Of a stretch of DNA of 64,000 nt, positions 28,061-38,154 are shown piece by piece; within the stretch, counting starts at the first letter, position 1, and each line of letters begins with the position of its first letter. The stretch spans positions 1 to 64,000 of the forward strand of contig JAHQWL010000040.1 in assembly GCA_029856155.1 (NCBI GenBank). The letters are read 5' to 3'. The notes below the pieces were generated by a model. The model was not told the origin of the DNA. It searched no databases and saw nothing but the letters and a program-made list of their open reading frames with translations. Position numbers and translations under genes: made by a program. The DNA is from Promethearchaeia archaeon (GTDB lineage Archaea; Asgardarchaeota; Lokiarchaeia; Sigyniarchaeales; SOKP01).

Positions 28061-28609
28061 TTGATTATTATGATATCTGATAAACTAAAGCTTGATGAGA
28101 TTGATAGGCAAATAATATCACTTGTTCAAGAAGATCCTAACCTTACGCACACCGAAATAGCCACAAAGATAAACAGATCACAACCCACTGTTGGTATGCG
28201 AATAAAAAAACTAGAAAAAAATGGAATTTTACAATTCCAGCCAGGGATCAATTTTAAGAAAGTAGATTTACATCTCGCGACCGTTGAGGTAAAAACTAAG
28301 AATCCGGAAGAAATTATGGACATGGCTAAGCACTGTCCTTTTATGCTTAACGCATTTAAACTCTCAGGTGAACATAACGTTTGTATCTTACTCGCGAGTT
28401 CTAAACTTCAGAAGCTTGATAATATTGTTAATTATCATTTTCGAAATAACCCTGAAGTAACTAGTGTTTCTATGGAAATTGTGCTTGATATTGCCAAGGA
28501 TTTCGTTTTACCTATTGATTTTGATTCAGAAGATCATAATCCAACTTTAGAAGATGGCTGCGGTGAAAAATGTAAGTATAGAATCGCAAAAGCGAAGGGT
28601 TTAGTGTAA
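28061..28609 (+). CDS. Lrp/AsnC-family regulator 2
   Basis: Paralogue of 26259; CGEKC tail. Confidence 0.88.
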   Translation: MIIMISDKLKLDEIDRQIISLVQEDPNLTHTEIATKINRSQPTVGMRIKKLEKNGILQFQPGINFKKVDLHLATVEVKTKNPEEIMDMAKHCPFMLNAFKLSGEHNVCILLASSKLQKLDNIVNYHFRNNPEVTSVSMEIVLDIAKDFVLPIDFDSEDHNPTLEDGCGEKCKYRIAKAKGLV

Positions 28610-28702
28610 ACTGAGTTAGACTAATTTTTTTTTATATTCTTTATTGGTTTTTTAAAGTTAAACTAAGCGTATAATTTCTTATAGAAAATAGATGAAACTT
28701 AC

Positions 28703-29278
28703 TTAAATTTCTTTTTCCGGATTGAATTTAAATTGAGGTATATCTTCCCTCATATTACATTCGGGTCCACAATATCTACCATCAAAATCTTCAATTTGAA
28801 AATCAATTGGGACAACAAAATCATGGATGGATTCAATTAATATATTAGTTTTAACATTGACAACATTTTCATCGCGTCTAAAGCACAAATCTACTAATTT
28901 TTCAATGGTCTGTAAATCCGAAGCGGCAATAAAGCAGAGTACATTAAATTCTCCTGAAATTTTGAACGCATGATTAATAAAGGGACAATTCTCAATCTTT
29001 CGGACAATATTATCAACATCTTTAGTGGAAACATAGACAATAGCAACTTTAATATCGACTTCTTTTATATTAAAGCCTACTTGTTTTGTGAGTAGATGTT
29101 TTCTTTCTAACTTAATTATTCGGGCACCTACAGCGGGTTGGGATTTTTCTATCTCCTTAGCTATATCACTGTGGGTAATATCGGGGGTTTTTTCAATCAT
29201 CTCGATGATTTTTTTATCGTCATTATCAATGTTTAAAATTTCATTAAAACTTTTTTTTTTCATATCCATTACTTTCAT
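28703..29278 (-). CDS. Lrp/AsnC-family regulator 3
   Basis: Paralogue; CPF and CGPEC. Confidence 0.88.
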   Translation of the reverse strand: MKVMDMKKKSFNEILNIDNDDKKIIEMIEKTPDITHSDIAKEIEKSQPAVGARIIKLERKHLLTKQVGFNIKEVDIKVAIVYVSTKDVDNIVRKIENCPFINHAFKISGEFNVLCFIAASDLQTIEKLVDLCFRRDENVVNVKTNILIESIHDFVVPIDFQIEDFDGRYCGPECNMREDIPQFKFNPEKEI

Positions 29279-29665
29279 AACCTCACATTAATTTAAACTT
29301 AGTTTTAATGAATTTAAATGTTTATAAAGAGTAATCTTATATATATTAGGATTCGGACTTAGAAAATCTATAATTCAAAAATAAATGAATTGGTAAATTA
29401 TTTTAGGGCTTATATTTAAATTTATGAGTAAAATTCACTCACAATAATGTTTGTTGAATGTATATTGTATAATACACCAAGTTCTCTTACAATTTCTAAA
29501 AAGAAATCAAAATTCTTTTCAAAAAGTAGTTCTTTTTTACTTCCAAAAATGTCTTTAACTCTCTTAGCTCATCTTCAATGCAAACTTTTATTATAGAAAT
29601 TAAGTTAATATAAATTCATAATTAAATTATAAACTCAAAATTAAAATCATTTATGAATTAAGAGG

Positions 29666-30157
29666 TTGAGGGATTTAATGGAAAAAGGTGGAGCAGTTTT
29701 AGGCGTTATTGCATTGATATTAGGTGCTGGAGGCTTAGGTTTTGGGCTGATTACATGGATAGAACAAGGGAAAATAGATTTCTGGTATGATTGTAAAGAA
29801 GATATATATACCCCACCAGCTTTAGTATACGTAACCGTTCCTGATTTATATGTAATCGTTAGACTGGATGCTTCTGCTACGGTTCATCTATTATTCACTA
29901 CAAGTACTAGGATCCTTCCGGATCCAATTAGTTTTGCTGATATGTTTTTCTATTTTTGGATTGATGGTGTACGATTAACTAATCCTTTTACGCGTGCAGG
30001 ACCCTATCAAGGGGATGCAACTTATCAGTATTATCCAGTCGCACTGCAATATTCTCAGACATTGTCCAAAGGAACGCATAATATTAGTATAGTGGTTATT
30101 TCTGAAACAGCGGGTAACTTTATGAGATCAAGCAGTCTTGCTGTAACTCGTTATTAA
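29666..30157 (+). CDS. Hypothetical exported/anchored beta-rich protein
   Basis: N-terminal hydrophobic helix then beta-strand-like pattern. Confidence 0.7.
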   Translation: MRDLMEKGGAVLGVIALILGAGGLGFGLITWIEQGKIDFWYDCKEDIYTPPALVYVTVPDLYVIVRLDASATVHLLFTTSTRILPDPISFADMFFYFWIDGVRLTNPFTRAGPYQGDATYQYYPVALQYSQTLSKGTHNISIVVISETAGNFMRSSSLAVTRY

Positions 30158-30315
30158 TATATAAAATTCAAATCTTATCTTTTTTTTTTTATTAATTGAT
30201 TTTTTGATTAATTCTTTAAAAAGATCTATCTGGTAATAAGGAACAAAGGTTCTATATTCTAATTTATAAGAAATGACTTTTTTTAAAACATTAAAGCTAA
30301 GTAGCGATATATCAT

Positions 30316-31278
30316 TTAAAGAACATTTGTAAAAATATTAATGAGTATTATTACTACAGCGAACCCTACTAAACCAGTCATGAACTTCAATGGATTTCCT
30401 TTCTCTTTTTCTGGAATAACTTCCCTTACAATAACATATAAAATCACACCAGAAATGAATGAATAAAAAATGAATAGGAGCTCTAAATTAGGCGGTAAAA
30501 ATGAATTTATTATTAATCCAATTATTATACCAGTTAGTGCAGAACTACATGAGATGTACTTAACAATAGGTTTTGCTTCATATTTTTGTTCTTCATAGAT
30601 TTCTAAATCAGTAAAGATGAGATGTGCCTCAGATCGTTTGGTTACAATAGTTCTAAAAAAGGCATATATGAAAAAGAGAATACCTCCTATTAGTTCAATC
30701 CTTAATAACCCTATTAAAATAATACCTACAAGAAAGTGGTAAATATAATCTGTAATAAACCGGAAGTTAGTTAGCTCTTTATTAATCTTATTTTGAATTT
30801 TAATTTTATAGTTATTTATTTCTGATCTCATTCCTTCTTCCTCTTCATTTAATTCAGAAAGTGTCCGAGCTATTTCTCTTAGCACAGCCTCATCCAGATT
30901 TTCATTAGTTAATTCTTTTGTAAGAATTTTTTCCATATTATGTTCAACAGTTTCTAAGATTTTCTCTTTTTTGATTAATTTCCTCATTTTTCTTTGAGTT
31001 CTCATTTCAGCTTTCTGCAGAATTAATTTTTCAGATATATGAATAAATGAAAAGCCAATAAGGACAAAGAGATATTCGAATAATGTTAAATGAAAAGGAA
31101 ATTCAGGCAGTCTTTGAGCAATTTCAGGAAGCACGATTAGGAAGAAATAAGATACAGATATTCCTGCGATTAATGAAGCATGTACTTGAATGAGTTTATT
31201 TTCAAAATAATCTGCGATAAAAAATAAAACTCCAAAAGGTAAAGCAAGAATTAGAACTATTATTAAATTAATACTCAT
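30316..31278 (-). CDS. ZIP-transporter-like membrane protein with a coiled-coil insert
   Basis: AGISVSYFFL..LPE and SFISGVILYVIVREVIPE resemble ZIP TM2 and TM7. Confidence 0.6.
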   Translation of the reverse strand: MSINLIIVLILALPFGVLFFIADYFENKLIQVHASLIAGISVSYFFLIVLPEIAQRLPEFPFHLTLFEYLFVLIGFSFIHISEKLILQKAEMRTQRKMRKLIKKEKILETVEHNMEKILTKELTNENLDEAVLREIARTLSELNEEEEGMRSEINNYKIKIQNKINKELTNFRFITDYIYHFLVGIILIGLLRIELIGGILFFIYAFFRTIVTKRSEAHLIFTDLEIYEEQKYEAKPIVKYISCSSALTGIIIGLIINSFLPPNLELLFIFYSFISGVILYVIVREVIPEKEKGNPLKFMTGLVGFAVVIILINIFTNVL

Positions 31279-31402
31279 TAATATTGAAAATAGATTTAAA
31301 AATTATTAAAGATCTAGTAATAAACTAAATTTATAAAATTTTCATTGAATCTAATAAATAGATTGTATGAAGAAAGCTCTTAGGTGATTTTTAATCGAGT
31401 TT

Positions 31403-32269
31403 TTGATTATAACTTCAACTGAAGATAACGCCTCAATGAATATTAGGGAAAAATTTTTAAAGTCTAAAGTCAATAATTTTGAGGAGTCAAATTTCATATG
31501 GCATAAAAATCCTGTTTTTAAACTGAAAAATAATTTAACAGAACATGAAATATTTTTGGGGTTAACAAAGGAACCTCTAATTTTTTTGAATGACCTAAAA
31601 TTAGAAGAATCAGAGTTAAAACCTGACTATCTTATTTTTGCTAGCCGTCATACTTCAAAAACAGCCAGACCAGCATTTTTAGTTCATACTACTGGGAATT
31701 GGGGTAGAGATGCTGATTTTGGTGGAGAACCTTATAATTTATCAAAAACAAGTGGATTACTTCATAAAGCAGGATTTATTTCGCTAAGTGAGCAACAATT
31801 TCCACCAGCATTAAAAGAATTCTCACTGGATATCGAAGTGACTCATCATGGTCCCACAATTTTAGATAAACCTTTAGTTTTCATGGAATTAGGGAGTAGT
31901 AAGGCAGAATGGACAATCGACGATGCGGGAGAGATATTAACAAATGTGATCTTGCGTACTATTATGAAATATTTTAAATATAAAGAAATGGGAGATCAAA
32001 ATATAGGTTTAGGCTTTGGAGGTACGCACTATGCTCCAAATTTTAATAGATTAATCAGAAATACGAATATAGCTATGTCTTTCATATGTCCAAAATATTA
32101 CATTCAAGAATTAAATAAAGATATAATTGAGCAAATGGTAAATAATACTCTTGAAAAGGTTGATTATTTTCTTATTGATTGGAAAGGGACAAATTCCGAA
32201 GATAAAAAACATCTAATACCTCTTTTAGAAGAATTTAATATCCCAATAAAGAAAACAAAAGATATGTAA
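31403..32269 (+). CDS. dtdA: D-aminoacyl-tRNA deacylase (archaeal DTD2)
   Basis: SRH, HTTGN, EVTHHGP, ELGS, GGTHYAP. Confidence 0.92.
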   Translation: MIITSTEDNASMNIREKFLKSKVNNFEESNFIWHKNPVFKLKNNLTEHEIFLGLTKEPLIFLNDLKLEESELKPDYLIFASRHTSKTARPAFLVHTTGNWGRDADFGGEPYNLSKTSGLLHKAGFISLSEQQFPPALKEFSLDIEVTHHGPTILDKPLVFMELGSSKAEWTIDDAGEILTNVILRTIMKYFKYKEMGDQNIGLGFGGTHYAPNFNRLIRNTNIAMSFICPKYYIQELNKDIIEQMVNNTLEKVDYFLIDWKGTNSEDKKHLIPLLEEFNIPIKKTKDM

Positions 32270-32315
32270 TATAAATTAATAAAATTAAATTAAAAATAAA
32301 ATAAATGATAGTCTT

Positions 32316-33218
32316 ATGTTAGGAAAAAACCTTACTATAATTGGTGGTTCTGGTGGCATGGGTAAAGTTTTTGGAGAATTTTTTAAAAGATATGGCTTTA
32401 AAATTACATTACATGCAAGAAATTTAGAAAGATTAGAGAATGTTGCTCATGAATTTGACGTAAATTATGAGTCTTCTTTAGAAGAGAGTGTGAAAGATGC
32501 AGACATAATTTTAGTTTCAATTCCAATTACATCTACTGTTAGTATGATTCAAAAGATTGCCCCATTATTAAAAAAAAATGCCTTACTCATCGATATTACA
32601 TCAATAAAAAACACAGTTGTGAATACAATGAAAAAGATTATTAAAGCTTATCCGATCAATTGCTTGTCACTACATCCTATGTTTGGTCCCGGTATAAAAG
32701 ATATGAAAAATTATGTTATGATTGTTTTAAAAGTTGGTGGAACGGAAAAGTATGATGATTTAGTAGATGAATTGATAGCTTTATTTGAATTAAATGGGCT
32801 AATAATTACTGAGACTACACCTGACATTCATGATAGACGAATTGCTTTAACCCTAGGAGTACCTCATATGTTTAACATTCTCTTTTTAAATCTTATTAGA
32901 AGGTCAAAAGAGCCTTTAACTGAATTAACGAAATATACTGGTACTACATTCTTGTTACAAAAAGTTTTCGCTGAGAGTATAATTCAAAGAGAGAGAGAAA
33001 TGTTTGCAGAAATTCAAATAGAAAATCAAGAATTTCATAAAGTGTTAAATTTATTAGAAAGCTTAATAAAAGAATATAAAACAATAATTCAAAAGAAGAA
33101 TATATCTAAGTTCAATCAGATTTTTAACGAAGCATTAGATTATTCTAAAGAAGATAATGATTTTAAAGATTCTTATAGATATTTTTATGATTTTATGAAA
33201 ATTTTAAAACAAGAATAG
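32316..33218 (+). CDS. tyrA: Prephenate/arogenate dehydrogenase
   Basis: GGSGGMG, DITSIK, HPMFGP, HD...PH. Confidence 0.9.
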   Translation: MLGKNLTIIGGSGGMGKVFGEFFKRYGFKITLHARNLERLENVAHEFDVNYESSLEESVKDADIILVSIPITSTVSMIQKIAPLLKKNALLIDITSIKNTVVNTMKKIIKAYPINCLSLHPMFGPGIKDMKNYVMIVLKVGGTEKYDDLVDELIALFELNGLIITETTPDIHDRRIALTLGVPHMFNILFLNLIRRSKEPLTELTKYTGTTFLLQKVFAESIIQREREMFAEIQIENQEFHKVLNLLESLIKEYKTIIQKKNISKFNQIFNEALDYSKEDNDFKDSYRYFYDFMKILKQE

Positions 33219-33264
33219 GAAGTATAATTAAATTTATTATTTATAACGACATAAATAATTTCGT

Positions 33265-33699
33265 CTACTGCTTTTTTTTCCTTATTATTTTTATTATAAT
33301 AAATCCTACAAAACCAGCAGTAAAAAATAATAATGTTCGAAAGGGAAATATCCCATCATTTCTATAAATATAAATATCAGTAGCTATAGATATAAAAGTA
33401 CATAATATTAATCCACATAAACCTATAATAAGTAATTCTATTTCCAAGGGTCTCTTATTCCCCCTTTTTATAGAATGGTAATACTTCCTTGGTGTTATTC
33501 CAATAAAAAAACCTCCAATAACAAATAGTAGCCATCCAATAATATAATATAAAGGAGATATAATTATCTCAATTACAAAACACATTATGAAATAATAAAT
33601 AAATGAAAAGGTTCCAATAAAAAAAAGAACTACGCCACTGAGAAGGAGTACATTTATTATTTTTGATGAAATTACCATACTAAATAATTTAACCTTCAA
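33265..33699 (-). CDS. Hypothetical membrane protein (4 TM)
   Basis: Hydrophobic 144-aa ORF. Confidence 0.6.
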   Translation of the reverse strand: MKVKLFSMVISSKIINVLLLSGVVLFFIGTFSFIYYFIMCFVIEIIISPLYYIIGWLLFVIGGFFIGITPRKYYHSIKRGNKRPLEIELLIIGLCGLILCTFISIATDIYIYRNDGIFPFRTLLFFTAGFVGFIIIKIIRKKKQ

Positions 33700-33850
33700 T
33701 TGACTATTTATATATTTCGAATTAAAATATGGAAAATTATTTAGTGCATTATAAATATTTAAAACAAAACACTAAAAGTACCAATATAAACTAAATTTTA
33801 TATTTATGCTCTAATTATATTGAATAGTCTATATAAATTTATTAAAGTGA

Positions 33851-34660
33851 ATGTTTACCTTGAATCTTGGGAAAAGAATAAGATTAGAACGGATTTTTGA
33901 TAGGAAAAGCAAAAAAACTATAATAATTCCAATGGATCACGGATTGACTATGGGTACTATCCCCGGATTAGAAGATTTAGCAGGAATGGTGGATAAAGTT
34001 GCCTTAGGAGGAGCAAATGCTGTTTTAATGCATTCTGGGATGGTTAGTGCAGGCCATAGGCAATATGGAAAGGATATTGGGTTGATTATTCATTTATCAG
34101 GAGCTACTAGTTTATCACCTCACCCTAATAGAAAGGTTTTAGTTTGTTCTGTTGAGCGTGCTTTAAAAATGGGAGCAGATGCGGTTTCAATACATATAAA
34201 TATTGGTGCAGAGGATGAACCAGAAATGCTTCAAGATGCTCAAAAAATTGTGGAAAAAACTAGAGAATGGGGTGTGCCCTTAATAGCAATGATGTATCCA
34301 AGAGGAAAAAAAATTACAAATGAAAACGATCCTAATGTAGTTAATATTGCAGTTAGAGCGGGAGTTGAATTGGGAGCCGATGTAGTTAAAACAAATTATA
34401 CTGGAGATATTGATTCATTTAGCATGATTACTAAAGGAGTAAGACATATTCCAGTTATTATTGCGGGGGGTCCTAAAATGGACACCATTCCAGATTTACT
34501 CCAGATGGCGCAGGACTCGATTGAAGCAGGTGGATCAGGAGTTGCTTTTGGCAGAAATGTATTTCAATCGGAAGATCCTACAAAATTGGTTCGAGCTATA
34601 AGTAAAATCCTTCATGAGAATTATTCTGTAGGAGAAGTAATGAAAGAATTCAAATTTTAA
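33851..34660 (+). CDS. aroA': ADH synthase (AroA')/DhnA-type class I aldolase
   Basis: [33 protein letters not shown]; near tyrA. Confidence 0.8.
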   Translation: MFTLNLGKRIRLERIFDRKSKKTIIIPMDHGLTMGTIPGLEDLAGMVDKVALGGANAVLMHSGMVSAGHRQYGKDIGLIIHLSGATSLSPHPNRKVLVCSVERALKMGADAVSIHINIGAEDEPEMLQDAQKIVEKTREWGVPLIAMMYPRGKKITNENDPNVVNIAVRAGVELGADVVKTNYTGDIDSFSMITKGVRHIPVIIAGGPKMDTIPDLLQMAQDSIEAGGSGVAFGRNVFQSEDPTKLVRAISKILHENYSVGEVMKEFKF

Positions 34661-34676
34661 GAAGAATTGAAAGATA

Positions 34677-35546
34677 TTAAATAGACTCTTCTTTAATTTT
34701 TACGTAATATTTGATTAAATTTTTGAAGACATAGTTAGTAGGAGAAAATCCTTGTGTAGCGGTTTTTAGCAGGATTTTTTGAAGAAAATCACCATACTTA
34801 ACGTTTTGATCTAAAGTAACATTTAATTCTCTGATATTGAAGAAGCTACGAAAAAAGAGGGTTGGAAAATCAACTAATGGTTGTAGTACTTGACTATAGT
34901 AGTTCTTTCCCTCTTTAGTTAACTCTAATTCTTTTTTTATACTATAATGATAGTTTTTCCCTTTCTTTTTAATGTTAATGATTCCATCTGATTCGATTTC
35001 GTTCATGAAATTTTCGACATCAGTCAACTTTACATCTTTTATATTTAATTTGTTTAAGTTATCTAGTATTTCTTGATTTGTTTGGCCTTTCAACTTCATT
35101 AGCGTATAATTTCTGGCAATAATATTATATTTTAATGGAACAGATTCATGATCTAATTTATTGTATTGTATTAGATTTCCTAAAATCTCTTTTGCGACGA
35201 AATATTTTAATATTAGTTGATCTTCCTTAGAAAAATCATTTTTAAATAGCTCAGAATCAAAATAAGAACCATAAAAGGTTTGTAATAAAGTTTTTACTGA
35301 ATAAAAGCCATCCAATGTTGCTTGTTCAACGTTTTTTAGAACTGTAATTCTGTAATCAATATCTTTTAAAAATCTGTCTTTATCAAGAGGTATTTGGCAA
35401 ATAATATGAGGTTCAATATTAAGAGGCTCCAAATATTCGTCCCATTTTTTCTTAAAACGAGGAGATTGAGTTTTTACTATTCCTGATAATTTGTAAACCA
35501 CTTCACAAAGTTTATTTAGAAATTGTTCTTCTGAAACTTCAGTCAT
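34677..35546 (-). CDS. Hypothetical protein, possible winged-helix region
   Basis: 289-aa ORF; no clear family motif. Confidence 0.7.
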   Translation of the reverse strand: MTEVSEEQFLNKLCEVVYKLSGIVKTQSPRFKKKWDEYLEPLNIEPHIICQIPLDKDRFLKDIDYRITVLKNVEQATLDGFYSVKTLLQTFYGSYFDSELFKNDFSKEDQLILKYFVAKEILGNLIQYNKLDHESVPLKYNIIARNYTLMKLKGQTNQEILDNLNKLNIKDVKLTDVENFMNEIESDGIINIKKKGKNYHYSIKKELELTKEGKNYYSQVLQPLVDFPTLFFRSFFNIRELNVTLDQNVKYGDFLQKILLKTATQGFSPTNYVFKNLIKYYVKIKEESI

Positions 35547-35757
35547 CTACGAAATACCTTAACCTTATTCTATTTTTTTTTAACCTATTAATAATATTGT
35601 AACCTATAAATTTTTAAATTTTAAACAAAAAATTAATTGCGATAATTTACAAAACGATATAAATAATTAACTAAGATATTAAATAAAATTGATCGTAATA
35701 TTTGTATATAAATACGATTGTAAATTGAGCTAAACAAATGAAAATTGAGATTGATGA

Positions 35758-36168
35758 GTGTTAATGAATATGAGTGAAAAAAACTTAGAACATATAGCCA
35801 TTGCTGCAAATAACGAAAGCGATTCAGATAATTTTTTTATTGAATTATTAGGGTTAGAAAAAACAAGATCATTTACTGTCTCACCCGATTTGATTGAAAA
35901 ATTCTTTGGTATAAGTAAAGAACAAAAAATTATACGATATGAAAAAGGTTCTCTAAGTTTTGAAGTTTTTATTACTAATGATGAAAGTAATGCACAGGAC
36001 ACTTTTACTCACTCATGCTTATTAATAGAAAACAGAGATGATTTTGTTAAGAGGGCAAGCTCAATGGGATATGATATAGTGAAAGTTCCAAGGAAAGACG
36101 GTGTTGGATATTATCTTTTTATTAAAGATTCTTTTCAAAATCTATATGAAATAAAGGAAAAAATATAA
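35758..36168 (+). CDS. VOC (glyoxalase-like) family protein
   Basis: LEHIAI...FFIELLGL...HSCL...FIKDSFQNLYEI. Confidence 0.8.
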   Translation: MLMNMSEKNLEHIAIAANNESDSDNFFIELLGLEKTRSFTVSPDLIEKFFGISKEQKIIRYEKGSLSFEVFITNDESNAQDTFTHSCLLIENRDDFVKRASSMGYDIVKVPRKDGVGYYLFIKDSFQNLYEIKEKI

Positions 36169-36179
36169 TCCTATTAATC

Positions 36180-36602
36180 TTAATTATCTAAAATCCCTGA
36201 ACTCTTAATAATGTCCAAATGATCAAAAGCTAATTTTAATGAAGAAAGATTTGATAAGGGTACAACTTCTAGGGCAGCAGCGTCGTCTAAAGCTTTTGGT
36301 TTCTCCCTTTTTGTTAATGGTTCACATAAATAAGCTATAGTAACAGTGTGTCCTCTTGGATCTCTCTTTGGATCGGAGAAAATTCCAATAAGTTTTAGAA
36401 TTTTCACTGTAATATTTGTTTCCTCTTTCACTTCACGAATACAAGCATTTTCAACAGTTTCTCCTACGTCAACAAATCCTCCAGGTAATGCAAATTGCCC
36501 CTGAAAAGGATGATTTTTGCGCCGGATTAAGACAATATCCTTTTTATTATTTAATAGGATTAAAGCATCAACCGTTAATAATGGTGTAACTGGTTTGGGC
36601 AT
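36180..36602 (-). CDS. NUDIX hydrolase (ADP-ribose pyrophosphatase-like)
   Basis: PGGFVDVGETVENACIREVKEET; RDPRGH; LAFDH. Confidence 0.92.
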   Translation of the reverse strand: MPKPVTPLLTVDALILLNNKKDIVLIRRKNHPFQGQFALPGGFVDVGETVENACIREVKEETNITVKILKLIGIFSDPKRDPRGHTVTIAYLCEPLTKREKPKALDDAAALEVVPLSNLSSLKLAFDHLDIIKSSGILDN

Positions 36603-36631
36603 ATTTATACACCTGTTTTATAGAATTCTTA

Positions 36632-37453
36632 TTATTCATCCCATACTGCTGATGCAAGTAAATGTTCGATTCTAGTTTTCCGTGGTCTAATAAACTCTGT
36701 ATGATGTTCCTTTCGTTCCAGTAATAAATTCTTCTTAAGATTGGTTGAATTAACTATATAAACTTCTAAATTACCTTCATTAAGAAATATATGATTAAAA
36801 CTAGGGGAATCATTAGCGCGGATTTTATTTGAAGTTGAAGTACCACTGTAAAGAAAAGTTGTACTTGAGGAATTCTTCCAAGAAATGGTATACGCATGAG
36901 GAACATGGCGATGGCCCATTAGTACTAGATCTATTTCAAATAAATTAGTAAACTCTAAAATTTCTCCTGCATCTCGAACTGTTGTAAATTTTTGTCCAGA
37001 CATTGGAATTGGAATTAAATGGTGATGTAATGCTATTACTCTATCTTCTAAATTCCGGTTAAATTGACGGCCTAACCAATCCAATTGCTCATCTCCAATC
37101 ATTCCTTCCGCCATATCGTCTCTAGCGGAACAAACACCTACTATCAATGCATTCTTTTCCTCTAGAATCATTCTAGACCTTCTTGGTCCAATAAGTTTCT
37201 CAAAAAATATGAGCCCTGAATTTTTTGCATCATGATTGCCTGGTACTGCAATAAACTTAGTAATATCCTTTATTCTATTTATATATTGAACTACTTTTTC
37301 AAATTGATTAACCCGTCCTTTATGTACGAGGTCCCCAGTGCAAATTACGACATCAGGATGAGTTTCTTTAATATAACTAATAATGTTTTCAAAACAATCT
37401 TCTCGGAATTCACTTCCGTAATGTAAATCGCTAATTTGTATAATTTCTACCAA
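36632..37453 (-). CDS. Icc-like metallophosphoesterase
   Basis: SDLH, TGDL, GNHD, LHHH, GHRH. Confidence 0.9.
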   Translation of the reverse strand: MVEIIQISDLHYGSEFREDCFENIISYIKETHPDVVICTGDLVHKGRVNQFEKVVQYINRIKDITKFIAVPGNHDAKNSGLIFFEKLIGPRRSRMILEEKNALIVGVCSARDDMAEGMIGDEQLDWLGRQFNRNLEDRVIALHHHLIPIPMSGQKFTTVRDAGEILEFTNLFEIDLVLMGHRHVPHAYTISWKNSSSTTFLYSGTSTSNKIRANDSPSFNHIFLNEGNLEVYIVNSTNLKKNLLLERKEHHTEFIRPRKTRIEHLLASAVWDE

Positions 37454-37616
37454 TTTTCAGCATCTCCTCATCATGAGGTTAATTTTTAAGAGAGAATTTC
37501 TATATTTATAAATTTATTAATTAGTACTAAATTTAAAATGTTTTTGATGAGATAAAAATCTTAAATAAAAAAAAATAGTTTGAAAAAATTCAAGTTAAAC
37601 AAAAACTAAGATAGTT

Positions 37617-37799
37617 TTAGTTATAGCTCTCTACATTGAGAGAGTGAATTGTCATTGCGAGCTTTTGATGTAAATTACGCTGTTCTGCTAATGATATAAG
37701 AGTGTTTTCATTATCGCAATTAAAACAAACGCCATTAACAATTATATAACGTAATTCTCCACATTGTGGACATTTAAACTCCTTATATATAGCTTTCAT
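37617..37799 (-). CDS. Small Zn-finger protein
   Basis: CPQC-x10-CFNC; AGGAG upstream. Confidence 0.65.
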   Translation of the reverse strand: MKAIYKEFKCPQCGELRYIIVNGVCFNCDNENTLISLAEQRNLHQKLAMTIHSLNVESYN

Positions 37800-38154
37800 T
37801 GTTTTTTCTCCTAAATTTGTAATTTTAATATATAAATTAAATTTGATTTAATTTTGTTATTTTATCGATATCTTGTTTAATTTTTTCAATTATACCATCG
37901 ATAGATTTTTCGAGTGGTGTCTGTAAAACTTCTTTTTTTAATATGATATATTCATCCTTTTGGATTAGTAATGTTAATAGATATCGATTAAACATTTTTA
38001 ATATATAGTTTCTCTATTTTTCTTTATTATTATAGAAAAAAAATAGAGTTTTAAGCACTCTCGTTATATAATATAGAGTCTATATAGTCTATATAGAAAG
38101 AAGGAGGAATGAAAAATATTAATTCAATGAAATTTTAGAGCCTATTTTTTTCTT

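Noticed and set aside
37837-37995. 52-aa minus-strand ORF MFNRYLLTLLIQKDE...
   Set aside because: No motif or clear SD; plausible by chance in AT-rich DNA
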